A stretch of 64,000 bases of DNA from Eledone cirrhosa (Eukaryota), in assembly GCA_964016885.1 (NCBI GenBank), contig OZ024740.1, forward strand, positions 290,470,001 to 290,534,000, written 5' to 3'. A model generated the notes under the pieces. That model did not search any database. It was not told where the DNA came from and saw nothing but the letters and a program-made list of their open reading frames with translations. Each line of letters begins with the position of its first letter. The stretch's first letter is position 1. Position numbers and translations under genes: made by a program. Below are positions 15,901-31,300 of the stretch, in pieces.

Positions 15901-17710
15901 AAACGGATTCCCAAATAAAAAACGGACCCTCCACCCCAAATAAAAAACGGATTGATCCCCAAATAAAAAACGGATCCCCAAATAAAAAACGGACACGCAA
16001 ATAAAAAAAGGACACCTCAAATAAAAAACGGAGCCACCACCAAATAAAAAACGGACACCCTCCTAAATAAAATATGGATCCCCAAATAGAAAGCCAACAC
16101 ACATAAAAAACGTGTTGATGCCCAAATAAAAAACGGAACCCCAAATAAAAAACGGATCCCCCCAAATAAAAAACGGACCCCCCCCCACAAAAAAACCGGA
16201 TTTCCAAATAAAAAACGGATCGATGCCCAAATGAAAGACGGAACCCCCAAATAAAAAACGGACACCACCAAATAAAAAAGGACCCCCTCCCAAATAAAAA
16301 TCGGACCGCCAAATAAGAAACAGATCCCCACCAAATAAAAAACGGACCCCCTCCCAAATAAAAAATGGATCCCCAAATAAGAACCGGACACCCTAATAAA
16401 AAACGGATACCCCCAAATAAAAAACGGACCCCCTCCCAAATAAAAAGCGGACCCCCAAATAAAAAACGGATTCCCCCAAATAAATTACGGAGTCCAAATA
16501 AAAATTGGATCCCCAAATAAAAAACGGACCCCCAAATAAAAAAAGGATCACCAAATAAAAAACGGACACCCATATAAAAAACGGTACCCCACCCCAAATA
16601 AAAAACGGATCCCCCCCAAAAAACGGACGCTGCTTCCCCAATTAAAAAAGGATACCCTCCCCCAAATAAATAACGGACGCCTCGAAATAAAAATCAGATC
16701 CCTAAATAAAAAACGCACACACAAATAAAAAACTGATTCCAAAATAAAAAACGGATCCCCAAATAAAATACGGACACCCAAATGAAAAACGGCAACCCAA
16801 ATGAAAAACGGACCCCCCAAATAACCCCCCACCCCCACCCCAACCACCACGACACACACACACACCAAATAAAAAACGGATCGCCATATTAAAAACAGAC
16901 CCCACCCCAATTAAAAAACGGAACTTCCAAATAAAATCGGACACCCCCAAATAAAAAACGATTACCCAAATTAAAAACGGATCCTCGAATAAAAAACGGA
17001 TCCCCAAATAAAAAACGGACCCCCAATTAATAAACGGATTCCCCCAAATAAAAAACGGATCCCCAAATTAAAAACGTATCCTCTCCCAAATAAAAAACGG
17101 ACCCACGCCCCATATAAACAGCCCCCTCTAAATAAAAAAAAGATCCCTAAATAAAAAAAAAAACGGACATTCAAATTAAAAACGTATTCCCAAATAAAAA
17201 ACGGAGACCTAAATAAAAAACGCCCCCCCCCCCCTCACACACGCACATACAGACACACCAAATAAAAAACGGATCGCCAAAGAAGAACGGACACCCCCAA
17301 ATAAAAAACGGATCCCTAAATGAAAAACGGACCACCCCACAAATAAAAATCGGATCCCCCCCCAAAAAGGACACCCAAATAAAAACGGATCCTCAAATAA
17401 AAAACGGATCCCCAAATAAAAAACGGATTACCCCAAATAAAAAAAGGATTCCCCCAAATAAATAACGGAGCCGAAATAAAAATTGGATCCCCAAATAAAA
17501 AACGGACTCCAAATAAAAAAAGGATCCCCAAATAAACAACGGACACCCATATAAAAAACGGACGCCCACCCCAAATAAAAAACGGTTCCCCCCCAAAAAA
17601 ACGGACCACGCTTCCCCAAATAAAAAACGGACCCCCAAATAAAAAACACCCCCCACCAAATAAAAATCAGATCCCTAAATAAAAAACGGATCCCCAAATG
17701 AAAAACGGAC
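9910..17710 (+). repeat. ~2.55-kb block duplicated at ~5.25 kb offset (about 9910-12470 and 15160-17710)
   Basis: CAAATAAAAGTCAAATCCCT occurs at 9931 and 15181. ORF-track peptides 10345..10713 and 15594..15962 are identical (offset 5249), and 11301..11663 and 16548..16910 are near-identical. Confidence 0.9.
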
Positions 17711-20700
17711 ACCCAAATGAAAACGGACCCCACCCCAATTAAAAAACGGAACTCACAAATAAAAACGAACACCCCCAAATAAAAAGCGGATACCCAAGTT
17801 AAAAACGGATCCTCAAATAAAAAACGGATTCCCAAATAAAAAACGGATCCCCAAATAAAAAACGGTCACCCAAATGAAAAATGGACCCCCAAATAAAAAC
17901 CGACCCCCTCCCACACGCACACACACACACACCAAATAAAAAAACGGATCGCCAAATAAGAAACGGACCCCACCCCAATTAAAAAACGGAAATCCCAAAT
18001 AAAAACGGACACCCCAAAATAAAAAAAGGATCCCCAAATAAAAAACGGATCCTCAAATAAAAAGGGATCCCCAAATAAAAAACGGACCCCCAAATAAAAA
18101 ACGGATTCCCCCAAATAAAAAATGGATCCCCAAATTAAAAACGGACCCCCTCCCAAATAAAAAACGGATTCCCCCCAAATAAAAAACGGAGCCCCCACCA
18201 AATAAAGAACGGACCCCCTCCTAAATAAAATATGGATCACCAAATAGAAAGTCAACAGATAAAAAACGGATCGATGCCCAAATAAAAAACGGAGACCCCA
18301 AATAAAAAACGGACCCCCCAAATAAAAAACGGATTCCCCCGAATAAAAAGCGGATACCCATATAAAAAACGGATACCCATATAAAAAACGGAGCCCCACC
18401 CCTAATAAAAAACGGACCCCCCCCCCAAAAAAAACCCCATAAAAAACGGATTTCCAATAAAAAACGGATCACCCACTCCAAAATAAAAAACGGATCGATG
18501 CCCAAATGAAAGACGGCACCTCCAAATGAAAAACGGACACCCCTAAATAAAAACGTACCCCCTCCCAAATAAAAAATGGATCCCCAAATAAGAACCGGAC
18601 GCCCTAATAAAAAACGGATACCCTCAAATAAAAAACGGACCCCCTCCCAAATAAAAAATGGATCCCCAAATAAAAAGCGGACACCCAAATAAAAAATGGG
18701 TCCCCAAATAAAACACGGACACCCATATAAAAAACGGATCCCCGCAAATAAGAAACGGATACCCATATAAAAAACGGACTCCCACCCCAAATAAAAAGCG
18801 GATCCCCCAATAAAAAACGGACCCTCCCCCCAATTAAAAACGAATCTCCCTCCCCCCTCAATAAAAAACGGACCCCAAAATAAAAAACGGCCCCCTCCAA
18901 GTAAAAAAGAGATCCCTAAATAAAAAACGGACACTCAAATAAAAAACGGATTCCCAAATAAAAAACGGACCCTCCACCCCAAATAAAAAACGGATCGATC
19001 CCCAAATAAAAAACGGATCCCCAAATAAAAAACGGACACCCATATAAAAAACGGACCGCATAAATAAAAAACGACCCCCCCCCCCACACACACACACAAA
19101 CAGACACACCAAATAAAAAACGGATCGACAAATTAAAACGGACACCCCCAAATAAAAAACGGATCCCTAAATGAAAAACGGAGCCCCTCCCCACAAATAA
19201 AAAACGGGTCCCCCCCAAAAAAACGGACACCCAAATAAAAACGGATCCTCAAATGAAAAACGGATGCCCAAATAAAAAACGGATTCCCCCAAGTAAAAAA
19301 AGGATCCCCAAATTAAAAACGGACCCCTCCCAAATAAAGAACGGACCCCCAAATAAAAAAACGGATTCCCCCAAATAAATAACGGAGCCCAAATAAAAAT
19401 TGGATCCCCAAATAAAAAACGGACCCAAATAAAAAAAGGATCCCCAAATAAACAACGGACACACAAATAAAAAACGGATTCCCCCCAAATAAAAAACGTA
19501 CACCCTCCCAAATAAAAAACGGACCCCCAAATAAAAAACGGATTCCCGCCAATAAAAAAACTGGCACCCCACCCCAAATAAATAACGGAGCCCAAATAAA
19601 AATTGGATCCCCAAGTAAAAAACGGATACCAAAATAAAAAACGGATTCCCAAATAAAAAAGGGACACCTAAATAAAAAACGGACCCCCCAAAATAAAAGA
19701 AGGATCCACATATAAAAAACGGACCCCCCCCCAAAAAAATATGAAAAACAGATTTCCAAATAAAAAACGGATCCCCCACCCCAAATAAAAAACGGATCGA
19801 CGCCCAAATAAAAAACGGACCCCCAAATAAACAGATACCCATATAAAAAACGGACCCCCCACCCAAATAAAAAACGGCTCCCCCCAAATAAAAAACGGAT
19901 ACCCAAATAAAAAACGGATTTCCCCCAAATAAATAACGGACCCCTCCCAAATAAAAAACGGACCCCCAAATAAAAAACGGGCCCCCCGCCCCAAATAAAT
20001 AACTGAGCCCAAATAAAAAACGGCACCCAAATAAAAGACGGATCCCCATATAAAAAACGGAGCCCCACCCCTAATATAAAACGGATCCCCCAATAAAAAA
20101 CGGACCCCCGCCCCCCCCCAAAAAAACGGATCCTCCACCCCAAATAAAAAACAGATCCCCAGCAAATAAAAAACGGACCCCCCCAATAAAGAACGAGTCC
20201 CCAAATAAAAAACGGACCCCCAAATAAAAAACGGATTCCCCCAAATAAAAAACGGGCCCCCCACCCCAAATAAATGGTGCCCAAATAAAAATTAGATTCT
20301 CAAATAAAAAACGGACCCCCAAATAAAAAGCGGATCCCCAATTAAAAAACAGACACCCATATAAAAAAAACGAACCCACACCCCAAATAAAAAACGGTAC
20401 AAAAACGGACCCCCCTCCCACACACACACACACACCAAATAAAAACCGGATCGCCATATAAGAAACGGACCCCACCCCAATTAAAAAACGGAACTCCCAA
20501 ATAAAAACGGACACCCCCAAATAAAAAACGGATCACCAAATAAAAAACGGATCCTCAAATAAAAACGGATCCCCAAATAAAAAACGACCCCCCTCCCCCC
20601 CCCCCCACACACCAAATAAAAAACGGATCGCCAAATAAGAAACGGATCCCACCCCAATTAAAAAACGGAACTCCCAAATAAAAACGGACACCCCCAAATT

Positions 20701-23700
20701 AAAAACGGATCCCCAAATAAAAAACGGATCCTCAAATAAAAACGGATCTCCAAATAAAAAAAAAGGATTCCCCCAAATAAAAAACGGATCTCCAAATTAA
20801 AAACGGACGCCTTCGCAAATAAAAAACGGAACCTCCAAATAAAAAACGGATTCCCCCAAATGAAAACCGGATACCCATATAAAAAACGGATACCCATTTA
20901 AAAAACGGATACCCAAATAAAAAACGGATACACCCAAATAAAAAACGGACCCCCTCCCAAATAAAAAATGGATACCCAAATAAAAAGGGGACACCCAAAT
21001 AAAAAATGGGTCCCCAAATAAAAAACGGACACCCATATAAAAAACGGATCCCCCAAATAAGAAACGGATACCCATATAAAAACGGACTCCCACCCCAAAT
21101 AAAAAACGGATCCCCCAATAAAAAACGGCCCCTCCCCCAATTAATAACGAATACCCCTCCCCCCTCAATAAAAAACGGACCCCCAAATAAAAAAACGGCC
21201 CCCTCCAAATAACAAAAGATCCCTAAATAAAAAAACGGACACTCAAATAAAAAACGGATTCCAAAATAAAAAACGGAGACGCAAATAAAAAACGGACCGC
21301 CCAAATAAAAAACGGATCCCTAAATGAAAAACGGACTCCACCCCACAAATAAAAATCGGATCCGCCCCCCAAAAAACGGACACCCAAATAAAAACGGATC
21401 CTCAAATAAAAAACGGATCCCCAAATATAAAACGGATCCCCAAATAAAAAAGGATTCCCCCAAATAAATAACGGAGCCGAAATAAAAATTGGATCCCCAA
21501 ATAAAAAACGGACCCCAAATAAAAAAAGGATCCCCAAATAAACAACGGACACCCATATAAAAAACGGACGCCCACCCCAAATAAAAACGGATCTCCCCCC
21601 CAAAAAAAAACTGACCCCGCTTCCCCAAATAAAAAACGGACCCCCAAATAAAAAACAGCCCCCACCAAATAAAAATCAGATCCCTAAATAAAAAACGGAC
21701 ACCCAAATAAAAACGGATTTCCAAATAAAAAACGGACACCCAAATGAAAAACGGACCCCACCCCAATTAAAAAACGGAACTCCCAAATAAAAACGGACAC
21801 CCCCAAATAAAAAACGGATACCCAAATAAAAAACGGATCCTCAAATAAAAAACGGATTCCCAAATAAAAAACGGATCCCCAAATAAAAAACCGTCACCCA
21901 AATGAAAAATGGACCCCCAAATAAAAAACGACCCTCCTCCCACACACACACACACACACACACACCAAATAAAAACGGATCGCCAAATAAGAAACGGACC
22001 CCACCCCAATTAAAAAACGGAAATCCCAAATAAAAACGGACACCCCCAAATAAAAAACGGATCCCCAAATAAAAAACGGTACCTCAAATAAAAAGGGATC
22101 CCCAACTAAAAAACGGACCCCCAAATAAAAAACGGATTCCCCCAAATAAAAAATGGATCCCCAAATTAAAAACGGACCCCCTCCCAAATAAAAAACAGAT
22201 CCCACCCAAATAAAAAACGGAGCCCCCACCAAATAAAAAACGGACACCCTCCTAAATAAAATATGGATCACCAAATAGAAAGTCAACACATAAAAAACGG
22301 ATCGATGCCCAAATAAAAAACGGAACCCCCAAATAAAAAACGGATCACCCTAAATAAAAAACGGATTGCCCCGAATAAAAAGCGGATACCCATATAAAAA
22401 ACGGATACCCATATAAAAAACGGAGCCCAACCCCTAATAAAAAACGGACACCCCCCCCCCCAAAAAAAAAACATAAAAAACGGATTTCCAAATAAAAAAC
22501 GGATCACCCACTCCAAATAAAAAACGGATCGATGCCCAAATGAAAGACGGAACCTCCAAATGAAAAACGGACACCCCCAAATAAAAACGGACCCCCTCCC
22601 AAGTAAAAAATGGATCCCCAAATAAGAACCGGACGCCCTAATAAAAAACGGATACCCCCAAATAAAAAACGGACCTCCTCCCAAATAAAAAATGGATCCC
22701 CAAATAAAAAGCGGACACCCAAATAAAAAATGGGTCCCCAAATAAAACACGGACACCCATATAAAAAACGGATCCTCCCAAATAAGAAACGGATACCCAT
22801 ATAAAAAACGGACTCCCACCCCAAATAAAAAGCGGATCCCCCAATAAAAAACGGACCCTCCCCCCAATTAAAAACGAATCTCCCTCCCCCCTCAATAAAA
22901 AACGGAACCCCAAATAAAAAACGGCCCCCTCCAAGTAAAAAACAGATCCCTAAATAAAAAACGGACACTCAAATAAAAAACGGATTCCCAAATAAAAAAC
23001 GGACCCTCAACCCCAAATAAAAAACGGATCGATCCCCAAATAAAAAACGGACCCTCCACCCCAAATAAAAAACGGATCGATCCCCAAATAAAAACGGATC
23101 CCCAAATAAAAAACGGACACCCATATAAAAAACGGACCTCCCAAATAAAAAACGAGCCCCCCACACACACAAACAGACACACCAAATAAAAAACGGATCG
23201 CCAAATAAAAACGGACACCCCCAAATAAAAAACGGATCCCTAAATGAAAAACGGAGCCCCTCCTCACAAATAAAAAAAGGGTCCACCCCAAAAAACGGAC
23301 AACCAAATAAATACGGATCAACAAATAAAAAACGGATGCCCAAATAAAAAACGGATTCCCCCAAATAAAAAAAGGATCCCCAAATTAAAAACGGACCCCT
23401 CCCAAGTAAAGAACGGACCCCCAAGTAAAAAACGGATTCCCCCAAATAAATAACGGTGCCCAAATAAAAATTAGATTCTCAAATAAAAAACGGACCCCCA
23501 AATAAAAAGCGGATCCCCAAATAAAAAACGGACACCCATATTAAAAAAACGGACCCCCACCCCAAATAAAAAACGGTACAAAACGGACCCCCCCCCCACA
23601 CACACCAAATAAAAACCGGATCGCCATATAAGAAACGGACCCCACCCCAATTAAAAAACGGAACTCCCAAATAAAAACGGACACCCCCAAATAAAAGACG

Positions 23701-26700
23701 GATCACCAAATAAAAAACGGATCCTCAAATAAAAACGGATCCCCAAATAAAAAACGACCCCCCCCCCCACACACACCAAATAAAAAACGGATCGCCAAAT
23801 AAGAAACGGATCCCCAAATAAAAAACGGTCACCCAAATGAAAAATGACCCCCAAATAAAAAACGGCCCCCTCCCACACACACACACACACACCAAATAAA
23901 AACGGATCGCCAAATAAGAAATGGACCCCACCCCAATTAAAAAACGGAAATCCCAAATAAAAACGGACACCCCCAAATAAAAAAAGCGATCCCTAAATAA
24001 AAAACGGATCCTCAAATAAAAAGGGATCCCCAAATAAAAAACGGACCCCCAAATAAAAAACGGATTCCCCCAAATAAAAAATGGATCCCCAAATTAAAAA
24101 CGGACCCCCTCCCAAATAAAAAACGGATCCCCCCCAAATAAAAAACGGAGCCCCACCAAATAAAAAACGGACACCCTCCTAAATAAAATATGGATCACCA
24201 AATAGAAAGTCAACACATAAAAAACGGATCGATGCCCAAATAAAAACGGAACCCCCAAATAAAAAACGGATCCCCCCAAATAAAAACGGATTGCCCCAAA
24301 TAAAAAGCGGATACCCATATAAAAAACGGATACCAATATAAAAAACGGATCCCACCCATAATAAAAAACGGATCCCCCCCCCAAAAAAAAACATAAAAAA
24401 CGGATTTCCAAATAAGAAACGGATCACCCACTCCAAATAAAAAACGGATCGATGCCCAAATGAAAGACGGAACCTCCTAATGAAAAAAGGACACCCCCAA
24501 ATAAAAAACGGAACCCCTCCCAAGTAAAAAATGGATCCCCAAATAAGAACCGGACGCCCTAATAAAAAACGGATACCCCCAAATAAAAAACGGGCCCCCT
24601 CCCAAATAAAAAATAGATCCCCAAATAAAAAGCGGACACCCAAATAAAAAACGGATCACCAAATAAAAAACGGATCCTCAAATAAAAACGGATCCCCAAA
24701 TAAAAAACGACCCCCCCCCCCACACACACCAAATAAAAAACGGATCGCCAAATAAGAAACGGATCCCACCCCAATTGAAAAACGGAACTCCCAAATAAAA
24801 ACGGACACCCCCAAATTAAAAACGGATACCCAAATAAAAAACGGATCCTCAAATAAAAACGGATCTCCAAATAAAAAAAAGGATTCCCCCAAATAAAAAA
24901 CGGATCTCCAAATTAAAAACGGACGCCCTCGCAAATAAAAAACGGACCCCCTCCTAAATAAAATATGGATCCTCAAACAGAAAGCCAACACATAAAAAAC
25001 TGATCGATGCCCAAATAAAAAACGGAACCTTCAAATAAAAAACGGATCCCCCAATAAAAAACGGACCCTCCCCCCAATTAAAAACGAATACCCCTCCCCC
25101 CTCAATAAAAAACGGACCCCCAAATAAAAAAACGGCCCCCTCCAAGTAAAAAAAGATCCCTAAATAAAAAAACGGACACTCAAATAAAAAACGGATTACA
25201 AATAAAAAACGGACACGCAAATAAAAAACGGACCGCCCAAATAAAAAACGCCCCCTTCCCCCACACACACACATACAGACACACCAAAAAAAAAGGATCG
25301 CCAAATAAGAACGGACACCCCCAAATAAAAAACGGATCCCCAAATGAAAAACGGACCCCACCCCACAAATAAAAATCGGATCCCCCCCCCCAAAAAAAAA
25401 CGGACACCCAAATAAAAACGGATCCTCAAATAAAAAACGGATCCCCAAAGATAAAACGGATTCCCCCAAATAAAAAAGGGGTCCCCCAAATAAATAACGG
25501 AGCCGAAATAAAAATTGGATCCCCAAATAAAAAACGGACCCCAAATAAAAAAAGGATCCCCAAATAAACAACGGACACCCATATAAAAAACGGACGCCCA
25601 ACCCAAATAAAAGACGGATCCCCCCCAAAAAAAACGGACCCCGCTTCCCCAAATAAAAAACGGACCCCCAAATAAAAAACAGCCCCCACCAAATAAAAAT
25701 CAGATCCCTAAATAAAAAACGGACACCCAAATAAAAACGGATTTCCTAATAAAAAACGGATCCCCAAATGAAAAACGGACACCCAAATGAAAAACGGACC
25801 CCACCCCAATTAAAAAACGGAACTCCCAAATAAAAACGGACACCCCCAAATAAAAAACGGATACCCAAATAAAAAACGGATCCTCAAATAAAAAACGGAT
25901 TCCCAAATAAAAAACGGATCCCCAAATAAAAAACGGTCACCCAAATAAAAAATGGACCCCCAAATAAAAAACGGCCCCCCTCCCACACACACACACACAC
26001 ACACCAAATAAAAACGGATCGCCAAATAAGAAACGGACCCCACCCCAATTAAAAAACGGAAATCCCAAATAAAAACGGACACCCCCAAATAAAAAAACGG
26101 ATCCCCAAATAAAAAACGGATCCTCAAATAAAGACGGATCCCCAAGTAAAAAACGGACCCCAAATAAAAAACGGATTCCCCCAAATAAAAAATGGATCCC
26201 CAAATTAAAAACGGACCCCCTCCCAAATAAAAAACGGATCCCCCCCACATAAAAAACGGAGCCCCCACCAAATAAAAAACGGACACCCTCCTAAATAAAA
26301 TATGAATCACCAAATAGAAAGTCAACACATAAAAAAAGGTATCAATGCCCAAATAAAAAACGGAACCCCCAAATAAAAAACGGATCCCCCCAAATAAAAA
26401 CGGATTGCCCCAAATAAAAAAAAGGACCCTCCACCCCAAATAAAAAACGGATTGATCCCCAAATAAAAAACGGATCCCCAAAAAAAAAACGGACACGCAA
26501 ATAAAAAAAGGACACCTCAAATAAAAAACGGAGCCACCACCAAATAAAAAACGGACACCCTCCTAAATAAAATATGGATCCCCAAATAGAAAGCCAACAC
26601 ACATAAAAAACGTGTTGATGCCCAAATAAAAAACGGAACCCCAAATAAAAAACGGAACCCCAAATAAAAAACGGATCCCCCCCCAAAAAAACCGGATTTC

Positions 26701-29700
26701 CAAATAAAAAACGGATCGATGCCCAATGAAAGACGGAAACCCCAAATAAAAAACGGACACCACCAAATAAAAAAGGACCCCCTCCCAAATAAAAATCGGA
26801 CCGCCAAATAAGAAACAGATCCCCACCAAATAAAAAACGGACCCCCTCCCAAATAAAAAATGGATCCCCAAATAAGAACCGGACACCCTAATAAAAAACG
26901 GATACCCCCAAATAAAAAACGGACCCTCTCCCAAATAAAAAGCGAACCCCCAAATAAAAAACGGATTACCCCAAATAAATAACGGAGTCCAAATAAAAAT
27001 TGGATCCCCAAATAAAAAACGGACCCCCAAATAAAAAATGGATCACCAAATAAAAAACGGACACCCATATAAAAAACGGTACCCCACCCCAAATAAAAAA
27101 CGGATCCCCCCCAAAAAACGGACGCCGCTTCCCCAATTAAAAAAGGATACCCCCCCCAAAAAAAAATAAATAACGGACGCCTCGAAATAAAAATCAGATC
27201 CCTAAATAAAAAACGCACACACAAATAAAAAACTGATTCCAAAATAAAAAACGGATCCCCAAATAAAATACGGACACCCAAATGAAAAACGGCAACCCAA
27301 ATGAAAAACGGACCCCCCAAATAACCCCCCACCCCCACCCCAACCACCACGACACACACACACACCAAATAAAAAACGGATCGCCATATAAAAAACAGAC
27401 CCCACCCCAATTAAAAAACGGAACTCCCAAATAAAATCGGACACCCCCAAATAAAAAACGAATACCCAAATAAAAAACGGATCCTCGAATAAAAAACGGA
27501 TCCCCAAATAAAAAACGGACCCCCAATTAATAAACGGATTCCCCCAAATAAAAAACGGATCCCGAAATTAAAAACGTATCCTCTCCCAAATAAAAAACGG
27601 ACCCACGCCCCATATAAAAAGCCCCCTCTAAATAAAAAAAAGATCCCTAAATAAAAAAAAAACGGACATTCAAATAAAAAACGGATTCCCAAATAAAAAA
27701 CGGAGACCCAAATAAAAAACGGACCGCCCAAATAAAAAACGCCCCCCCCCTCACACACACATACAGACACACCAAATAAAAAACGGATCGCCAAAGAAGA
27801 ACGGACACCCCCAAATAAAAAACGGATCCCTAAATGAAAAACGGACCCTCCCACAAATAAAAATCGGATCCCCCCCAAAAAAGGACACCCAAATAAAAAC
27901 GGATCCTCAAATAAAAAACGGATCCCCAAATAAAAAACGGATTACCCCAAATAAAAAAAGGATTCCCCCAAATAAATAACGGAGCCGAAATAAAAATTGG
28001 ATCCCCAAATAAAAAACGGACCCCAAATAAAAAAAGGATCCCCAAATAAACAACGGACACCCATATAAAAAACGGACGCCCACCCCAAATAAAAAACGGT
28101 TCCCCCCAAAAAAAACGGACCACGCTTCCCCAAATAAAAAACGGACCCCCAAATAAAAAACAGCCCCCACCAAATAAAAATCAGATCCCTAAATAAAAAC
28201 GGATCCCCAAATGAAAAACGGACACCCAAATGAAAAACGGACCCCACCCCAATTAAAAAACGGAACTCACAAATAAAAACGAACACCCCCAAATAAAAAG
28301 CGGATACCCAAGTTAAAAACGGATCCTCAAATAAAAAACGGATTCCCAAATAAAAAACGGATCCCCAAATAAAAAACGGTCACCCAAATGAAAAATGGAC
28401 CCCCAAATAAAAACCGACCCCCCTCCCACACACACACACACCAAATAAAAAACGGATCGCCAAATAAGAAACGGACCCCACCCCAATTAAAAAACGGAAA
28501 TCCCAAATAAAAACGGACACCCCAAAATAAAAAAAGGATCCCCAAATAAAAAACGGATCCTCAAATAAAAAGGGATCCCCAAATAAAAAACGGACCCCCA
28601 AATAAAAAACGGATTCCCCCAAATAAAAAATGGATCCCCAAATTAAAAACGGACCCCCTCCCAAATAAAAAACGGATTCCCCCCAAATAAAAAACGGAGC
28701 CCCCACCAAATAAAGAACGGACCCCCTCCTAAATAAAATATGGATCACCAAATAGAAAGTCAACAGATAAAAAACGGATCGATGCCCAAATAAAAAACGG
28801 AGCCCCCAAATAAAAAACGGATCCCCCCAAATAAAAAACGGATTCCCCCAAATAAAAAGCGGATACCCATATAAAAAACGGATACCCATATAAAAAACGG
28901 AGCCCCACCCCTAATAAAAAACGGACCCCCCCCAAAAAAACCCATAAAAAACGGATTTCCAATAAAAAACGGATCACCCACTCCAAAATAAAAAACGGAT
29001 CGATGCCCAAATGAAAGACGGCACCTCCAAATGTAAAACGGACACCCCTAAATAAAAACGGACCCCCTCCCAAATAAAAAATGGATCCCCAAATAAGAAC
29101 CGGACGCCCTAATAAAAAACGGATACCCCCAAATAAAAAACGGACCCCCTCCCAAATAAAAAATGGATCCCCAAATAAAAAGCGGACACCCAAATAAAAA
29201 ATGGGTCCCCAAATAAAACACGGACACCCATATAAAAAAACGGATCCCCGCAAATAAGAAAGGGATACCCATGTAAAAAACGGACTCCCACCCCAAATAA
29301 AAAGCGGATCCCCCAATAAAAAACGGACCCTCCCCCCAATTAAAAACGAATCTCCCTCCCCCCTCAATAAAAAACGGACCCCAAAATAAAAAACGGCCCC
29401 CTCCAAGTAAAAAAGAGATCCCTAAATAAAAAACGAACACTCAAATAAAAAACGGATTCCCAAATAAAAACGGACCCTCCACCCCAAATAAAAATCGGAT
29501 CGATCCCCAAATAAAAAACGGATCCCCAAATAAAAAACGGACAGCCATATAAAAAACGGACCGCCCAAATAAAAAACGACCCCCCCCCCCCCACACACAC
29601 ACAAACAGACACACCAAATAAAAAAAGGATCGCCAAATTAAAACGGACACCCCCAAATAAAAAACGGATCCCTAAATGAAAAACGGAGCCCCTCCCCACA

Positions 29701-31300
29701 AATAAAAAACGGGTCCCCCCCAAAAAAACGGACACCCAAATAAAAACGGATCCTCAAATAAAAAACGGATGCCCAAATAAAAAACGGATTCCGCCAAGTA
29801 AAAAAAGGATCCCCAAATTGAAAACGGACCCCTCCCAAATAAAGAACGGACCCCCAAATAAAAAAACGGATTCCCCCAAATAAATAACGGAGCCCAAATA
29901 AAAATTGGATCCCCAAATAAAAAACGGACCCAAATAAAAAAAGGATCCCCAAATAAACAACGGACACACAAATAAAAAACGGATTCCCCCCAAATAAAAA
30001 ACGTACACCCTCCCAAATAAAAAACGGACCCCCAAATAAAAAACGGATTCCCGCCAATAAAAAAACTGGCACCCCACCCCAAATAAATAACGGAGCCCAA
30101 ATAAAAATTGGATCCCCAAGTAAAAAACGGATACCAAAATAAAAAACGGATTCCCAAATAAAAAACGGACACCTAAATAAAAAACGGACCGCCCCCCCCC
30201 CAAATAAAAGCGGACCCCCAAATAAAAAATGGATCCCTAAATAAAAAACGGAGACCCAAATAAAAACGGATCCCCCAAAATAAAAGAAGGATCCACATAT
30301 AAAAAACGGACCCCCCCAAAAAAAATATGAAAAACGGATTTCCAAATAAAAAACGGATCCCCCACCCCAAATAAAAAACGGATCGACGCCCAAATAAAAA
30401 ACGGGACCCCCAAATAAACAGATACCCATATAAAAAACGGACCCCCACCCAAATAAAAAACGGCTTCCCCCAAATAAAAAACGGATACCCAAATAAAAAA
30501 CGGATTTCCCCCAAATAAATAACGGACCCCTCCCAAATAAAAAACGGACCCCCAAATAAAAAACGGGCCCCCCACCCCAAATAAATAACTGAGCCCAAAT
30601 AAAAAACGGCACCCAAATAAAAGACGGATCCCCATATAAAAAACGGAGCCCCACCCCTAATATAAAACGGATCCCCCAATAAAAAACGGACCCCCCCCCA
30701 AAAAAAAATAAAAAACGGATCCCCCACCCCAAATAAAAAACGGATCCCCAGCAAATAAAAAACGGACCCCACCAATAAAGAACGAGTCCCCAAATAAAAA
30801 ACGGACCCCAAATAAAAAACGGATTCCCCCAAATAAAAAACGGGCCCCCCACCCCAAATAAATAACGGTGCCCAAATAAAAATTAGATTCTCAAATAAAA
30901 AACGGACCCCCAAATAAAAAGCGGATCCCCAAATAAAAAACGGACACCCATATAAAAAAAACGGACCCCCACCCCAAATAAAAAACGGTACAAAAACGGA
31001 CCCCCCTCCCCCACACACACACACACCAAATAAAAACCGGATCGCCATATAAGAAACGGACCCCACCCCAATTAAACAACGGAACTCCCAAATAAAAACG
31101 GACACCCCCAAATAAAAAACAGATCACCAAATAAAAAACGGATCCTCAAATAAAAACGGATCCCCAAATAAAAAACGACCCCCCCCCCACACACACCAAA
31201 TAAAAAACGGATCGCCAAATAAGAAACGGACCCCACCCCAATTAAAAAACGGAACTCCCAAATAAAAACGGACACCCCCAAATTAAAAACGGATCCCCAA
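15930..31300 (+). repeat. ~4.7-kb block duplicated at ~10.5 kb offset (about 15930-20700 and 26430-31300)
   Basis: CCCTCCACCCCAAATAAAAAACGGATTGATCCCC occurs at 15927 and 26427. ORFs 16702..17007 and 27202..27507 match, as do 19167..19667 and 29672..30172. The AAGTCAACAGAT variant is shared at ~18249 and ~28757. Confidence 0.88.
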
